A stretch of DNA of 64,000 bases from an uncultured Candidatus Binatia bacterium (GTDB lineage: Bacteria; Desulfobacterota; Binatia; Bin18), in contig OZ241744.1 in the NCBI GenBank assembly GCA_965200965.1, positions 1,920,001 through 1,984,000 on the forward strand. Reading direction: 5' to 3'. Positions within the stretch are counted from its first letter, which is position 1, and each line of letters opens with the position of its first letter. The notes beneath the pieces are model-generated. The model worked only from the letters and a program-made list of their open reading frames with translations. It did not search any database and was not told the DNA's origin. The translations under genes and the position numbers were made by a program. Positions 60,760-64,000 of the stretch are shown here, piece after piece.

Positions 60760-61908
60760 CGGGTGATTCAGCACAGCCGCAAACACGCTGTCGGCGATCA
60801 GCAGCCCCCGCCGGCTGAGCTTCAGCCGCCCGGCTTCGTGGTGGAGCACGCCGGCGTCAATCAGCTTGTTCAGCCGTGGGAAAGCCGCCCCTAGGCCCTG
60901 CCCAAAGCGGGCGGCAAAGGTCTCGGGCGCAAAGCCCTCGAGCTGGCGCAGGCCGAGAAACAGGAACTCGGCCCGGGCTTGGTCTTGACTCAAGGTCTCT
61001 TCAAAGCAGCGCGCGTCTCCGTCCGAGATAGCCTTGGCCATATAGGTGCGTGGGCTGGCCTCGTTGCTCCAGCGTCGGCCCCAGCCCGGCTCACCGCAGA
61101 ACGAGTGCGCCCCGGCCCCCAGCCCCAGATAGTTGCGGCTGGTCCAGTAGCCCCGGTTGTGCCGTGAGACAAAGCCCGGACGGGCAAAGTTCGAGATTTC
61201 GTACTGCCGGTAGGCGTGGCCCAAGCGGTCCTGAATCAGCCCAAACATGGCCACCTCCAGGTCTTCGTCAACCGGCCGCAGCCGGCCCGTCTGCCGCCAC
61301 CGAAAAAACGGCGTGCCCTCCTCATAGCTCAGGTTGTAGATCGAGACATGCTCAGGCCGGCAGGCCAGCGCCTCGGCCAAGTCGGCCTCGAGGCCGGCCA
61401 AGGTCTGGCCCGGTACGCCAAACATCAGATCAAAGCTCAGGTTGTCAAAACCGGCCTCCCGTGCCCAGCCAATGGCCCGCCGGGCGTCATCTCCGGTGTG
61501 CATCCGGCCCAGCGTTTTCAGCACCGCCGGCTCAAAGGACTGCACGCCGAAGCTCAGCCGGTTGATCCCCACCGACCCGAAGCCGGCCAGCGTGTCTTGG
61601 CTGACCGACGCCGGGTCGGCCTCCAGGCTGATTTCGGCTTCGGCGGCCAGGGGGCACAGCTGGGCCACCGCGCGCAGAAAACGCTCAATTGAGGCCGGGG
61701 CAAACAGCGACGGCGTTCCGCCGCCAAAGTAGATCGTCTCAACCCGTTCGGCCCGCCAGAGCGGCTGCTTGACTGCGTGGCGAAGTTCGGCGCACAGCGC
61801 ATCAACATAGCGCTCTTCCGGCCAACTCCGCCCACCGTAGGCGTTAAAATCGCAGTAGGGGCATTTGACCAGACAGTAGGGAATGTGGACATACAGCGAG
61901 AAAGCCAT
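60742..61908 (-). CDS. hemW: Radical SAM heme chaperone
   Basis: YVHIPYCLVKCPYCDFN, GGGTPS, YEISNF, HNRGYW, GLGAGAHS. Confidence 0.93.
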   Translation of the reverse strand: MAFSLYVHIPYCLVKCPYCDFNAYGGRSWPEERYVDALCAELRHAVKQPLWRAERVETIYFGGGTPSLFAPASIERFLRAVAQLCPLAAEAEISLEADPASVSQDTLAGFGSVGINRLSFGVQSFEPAVLKTLGRMHTGDDARRAIGWAREAGFDNLSFDLMFGVPGQTLAGLEADLAEALACRPEHVSIYNLSYEEGTPFFRWRQTGRLRPVDEDLEVAMFGLIQDRLGHAYRQYEISNFARPGFVSRHNRGYWTSRNYLGLGAGAHSFCGEPGWGRRWSNEASPRTYMAKAISDGDARCFEETLSQDQARAEFLFLGLRQLEGFAPETFAARFGQGLGAAFPRLNKLIDAGVLHHEAGRLKLSRRGLLIADSVFAAVLNHPSLSAL

Positions 61909-61923
61909 ACCGCCGGCCGGCCC

Positions 61924-62535
61924 CTAGGTCCTGTACTTCCGCACCACCGCGCTGACCACGCCCTGAATCTCGACCTCGGTCTCGTCCACCACAATCGGCT
62001 CCATGTCGGGATTGGCGGGTTGGAGGCGAATGCGGCCGCCGGCTTCACGGTAGAACTTTTTGACCGTGGCCTCGCCCTGGAGCAGGGTCACCACGGTTTG
62101 CCCGTTATCGGCGCTGGGTCGTTGCTCAACAACGATGAAATCGCCGTCCAGGATGCCCTCGTCAATCATGGAGCGGCCTGTGACCCGCAGGGCGAAGGCT
62201 TCGTGGGCGTGCCGCACTAGGTCAGCCGGAACGGACAAGGCGTCCTGAATCTCAACCGCCTCGATCGGCAGCCCGGCCGCCACCTGACCCAGCAAGGGCA
62301 GTTCCAGGGCCTGGGCCGTTTTGTGGGGCGGTGTCAGCTCAATCGCCCGACTCAGATTCCGCTTACGACGAATCACCCCTTTGCGTTCGAGATTGATCAG
62401 ATGTTTATGGACGGTGGCCAGCGACGACAGCCCAAAATGCGCCCCGATATCCTCCAGAGTCGGCGCGTAGCCGTGGCTGGCGGTGTAGTCGTCCAGATAT
62501 TCCCAAATCTCTCTCTGTCTGCGCGTCAAGATCAT
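61924..62535 (-). CDS. lexA: SOS repressor LexA
   Basis: LTRRQ wHTH, VAAG cleavage site, GRSM (Ser), TVKK (Lys). Confidence 0.96.
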   Translation of the reverse strand: MILTRRQREIWEYLDDYTASHGYAPTLEDIGAHFGLSSLATVHKHLINLERKGVIRRKRNLSRAIELTPPHKTAQALELPLLGQVAAGLPIEAVEIQDALSVPADLVRHAHEAFALRVTGRSMIDEGILDGDFIVVEQRPSADNGQTVVTLLQGEATVKKFYREAGGRIRLQPANPDMEPIVVDETEVEIQGVVSAVVRKYRT

Positions 62536-62565
62536 AACGGCACCCCTCCCGCCTGTTATGCCAGC

Positions 62566-62580
62566 AAACAAAAGGCGAAA
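62566..62580. promoter_or_regulatory. Candidate LexA operator (GAAC-N7-GAAC-like)
   Basis: AAAC-AAAAGGC-GAAA about 30 bp upstream of lexA, inside a GCCTGTT/AACAGGC inverted repeat. Confidence 0.4.
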
Positions 62581-62653
62581 CAACAGGCCGCGCTTGATGC
62601 ATCAGTCCCGGCGTGCCACAGTTGGAGCCATCCCTACCCAGGAAGCCCTGACC

Positions 62654-63769
62654 GTGTTGCTACAATTCCCCCTGCGTCTTGCCGTCCTTGTTGGCCTCCT
62701 TTCCTGCACCTCAAGCCACAGCCAGCCGGCAGACCGCCTGGACACAATTAACCTGCCAGACGGCTTTGCCATCGGCCTGTACGCGACCGTGCCTGGTACC
62801 CGTTCCCTGGCCCTCGGCGAGCGGGGAACGGTTTTTGTTGGCACCCGAGCCGAGGGTAGCGTCTATGCGCTGGTCAATAGAGACGCCGACCACAGGGCCG
62901 ATAGCGTCGTTCGTCTGGCCGGCGGACTGTTCGCCCCCAACGGCGTGGCCTTTCGTGACGGCGCGCTGTATGTGGCCGAGATCCACCGCATCCTGCGTTT
63001 TGAGAGCATCGAAGCCCGCCTCAATAACCCGCCCCAGCCGGTCGTGGTCAAGGCTGGGCTGCCGACCGACCGCTGGCACGGCTGGAAGTTCATCGGCTTT
63101 GGGCCGGACGGTAAACTCTATGTGCCGGTCGGCGCGCCATGCAATGTGTGCCTGCGGACCGACGAACGCTACGCCTCGCTGCTGCGTATGAACGCCGACG
63201 GCAGTGGTGTCGAGGTCTTTGCCCGGGGCATCAGAAACACGGTGGGCTTTGACTGGCACCCCAACACCGGGGAGCTGTGGTTTACCGACAACGGGCGGGA
63301 CAATCTGGGCAATGACCTTCCTCCCGACGAGTTGAACCGCGCCCCCGAGCCGGGCTTTCATTTCGGTTTTCCGTACTGCCACGCCGGCCGCATCCCGGAC
63401 CCCGAGTTTGGCCACCAGCGTCCATGTGCCGATTTTACCGGCACAGCCCAGGAACTCGGCCCACATGTCGCCGCGGTCGGCATGCGATTCTACACCGGCA
63501 CCATGTTCCCACCGGCCTACCACAACCAGATATTCATTGCCGAACACGGCTCGTGGAACCGCAGCGACCCCATTGGCTACCGCATCAGCCTCGTCCGGCT
63601 GCAAGACAAGGTTCCGGTCTCCTACGAGGTATTTGCCCAAGGCTGGCTGCAAGGCCGCTCGGCCTGGGGCCGGCCGGCCGATGTGCTGGTCATGCCCGAC
63701 GGCGCGCTGCTGGTCTCGGACGATCGGGCCAACGCGATCTATCGGATCAGCTATGCGGGGCAGCACTAA
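62654..63769 (+). CDS. Sorbosone/glucose dehydrogenase-family (PQQ-type beta-propeller) lipoprotein
   Basis: Lipobox LLSC, HGWK..FGPDG..GAPCN, GIRNTVG, PPDELN, AEHGSWNR, GRPAD; start uncertain. Confidence 0.9.
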   Translation: MLLQFPLRLAVLVGLLSCTSSHSQPADRLDTINLPDGFAIGLYATVPGTRSLALGERGTVFVGTRAEGSVYALVNRDADHRADSVVRLAGGLFAPNGVAFRDGALYVAEIHRILRFESIEARLNNPPQPVVVKAGLPTDRWHGWKFIGFGPDGKLYVPVGAPCNVCLRTDERYASLLRMNADGSGVEVFARGIRNTVGFDWHPNTGELWFTDNGRDNLGNDLPPDELNRAPEPGFHFGFPYCHAGRIPDPEFGHQRPCADFTGTAQELGPHVAAVGMRFYTGTMFPPAYHNQIFIAEHGSWNRSDPIGYRISLVRLQDKVPVSYEVFAQGWLQGRSAWGRPADVLVMPDGALLVSDDRANAIYRISYAGQH

Positions 63770-63784
63770 GGTCCCGCCCCGCGC

Positions 63785-64000
63785 TCAGTAAAAGGCCACA
63801 CTGGCAAAGCTGACCGACGACTGGGTCTGGCGGTCGAGCTAGCGGTCATATCTGAGCAGCCTGCCACGCTCGGCGTTGAGCAGATGCAGCATGGTATACA
63901 TGGGCGCAAAACCGCACCCCCGGCGCTTATCACTGTCCTTGGCGATCTGCTCAAAGAAGTCGCCCGGATCAACATTTTCCAGGGCACGGATCAGCTGCCG
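63785..64000 (-). CDS. C-terminal fragment of a Memo/AmmeMemoRadiSam protein B with an in-frame TAG (5' end outside the window)
   Basis: RQLIRALENVDPGDFFEQIAKDSDKRRGCGFAPMYTML..GRLLRYDR*LDRQTQSSVSFASVAFY*. Confidence 0.7.

Noticed and set aside
34588-63841. Genome-wide TAG recoding suggested by two in-frame TAGs
   Set aside because: acnA, lexA, surE and pyrD end on TAG at expected lengths, and the toxin gene is also frameshifted

Overview
A GC-rich, gene-dense window from a diderm bacterium (Skp, outer-membrane barrels, Tat/lipoprotein signals). The gene content resembles deltaproteobacteria-like lineages such as Binatota, but that is inference only. Left to right: a 3'-truncated solitary type I R-M hsdS; the spoVR-yeaH-prkA triad; gltX flanked by four tRNAs; rmlC, acnA, skp and a single-Cys DsbA-fold protein; a ~14.5 kb envelope-transport locus (DUF1329, Gld-like ABC, DUF4340, DUF1302, YCF48, RND/MMPL) ending in a ThDP enzyme; ppk2; a LolA-like/FtsX-type ABC/barrel module; a decayed toxin-antitoxin pair; a minus-strand redox cluster; tRNA-Pro-surE-pcm-iscS-mnmA-mtaB-rnc-pyrD; an AT-richer islet (lipoprotein, two DUF4230-like genes, Fic); fabI, enoyl-CoA hydratase, gltA, hemW, lexA and a PQQ-type dehydrogenase. 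The best candidate for an undescribed system is the redox cluster (34822-42468). It combines a UxxC selenoprotein DsbA missed by the ORF track, an IorAB-type Mo enzyme, a non-canonical SoxY (AACGE arm), SoxZ, FccAB and a SoxX-SoxA fusion whose catalytic Arg appears replaced, with no soxB/soxCD in the window. All calls come from motif and family recognition by eye; no searches were run.
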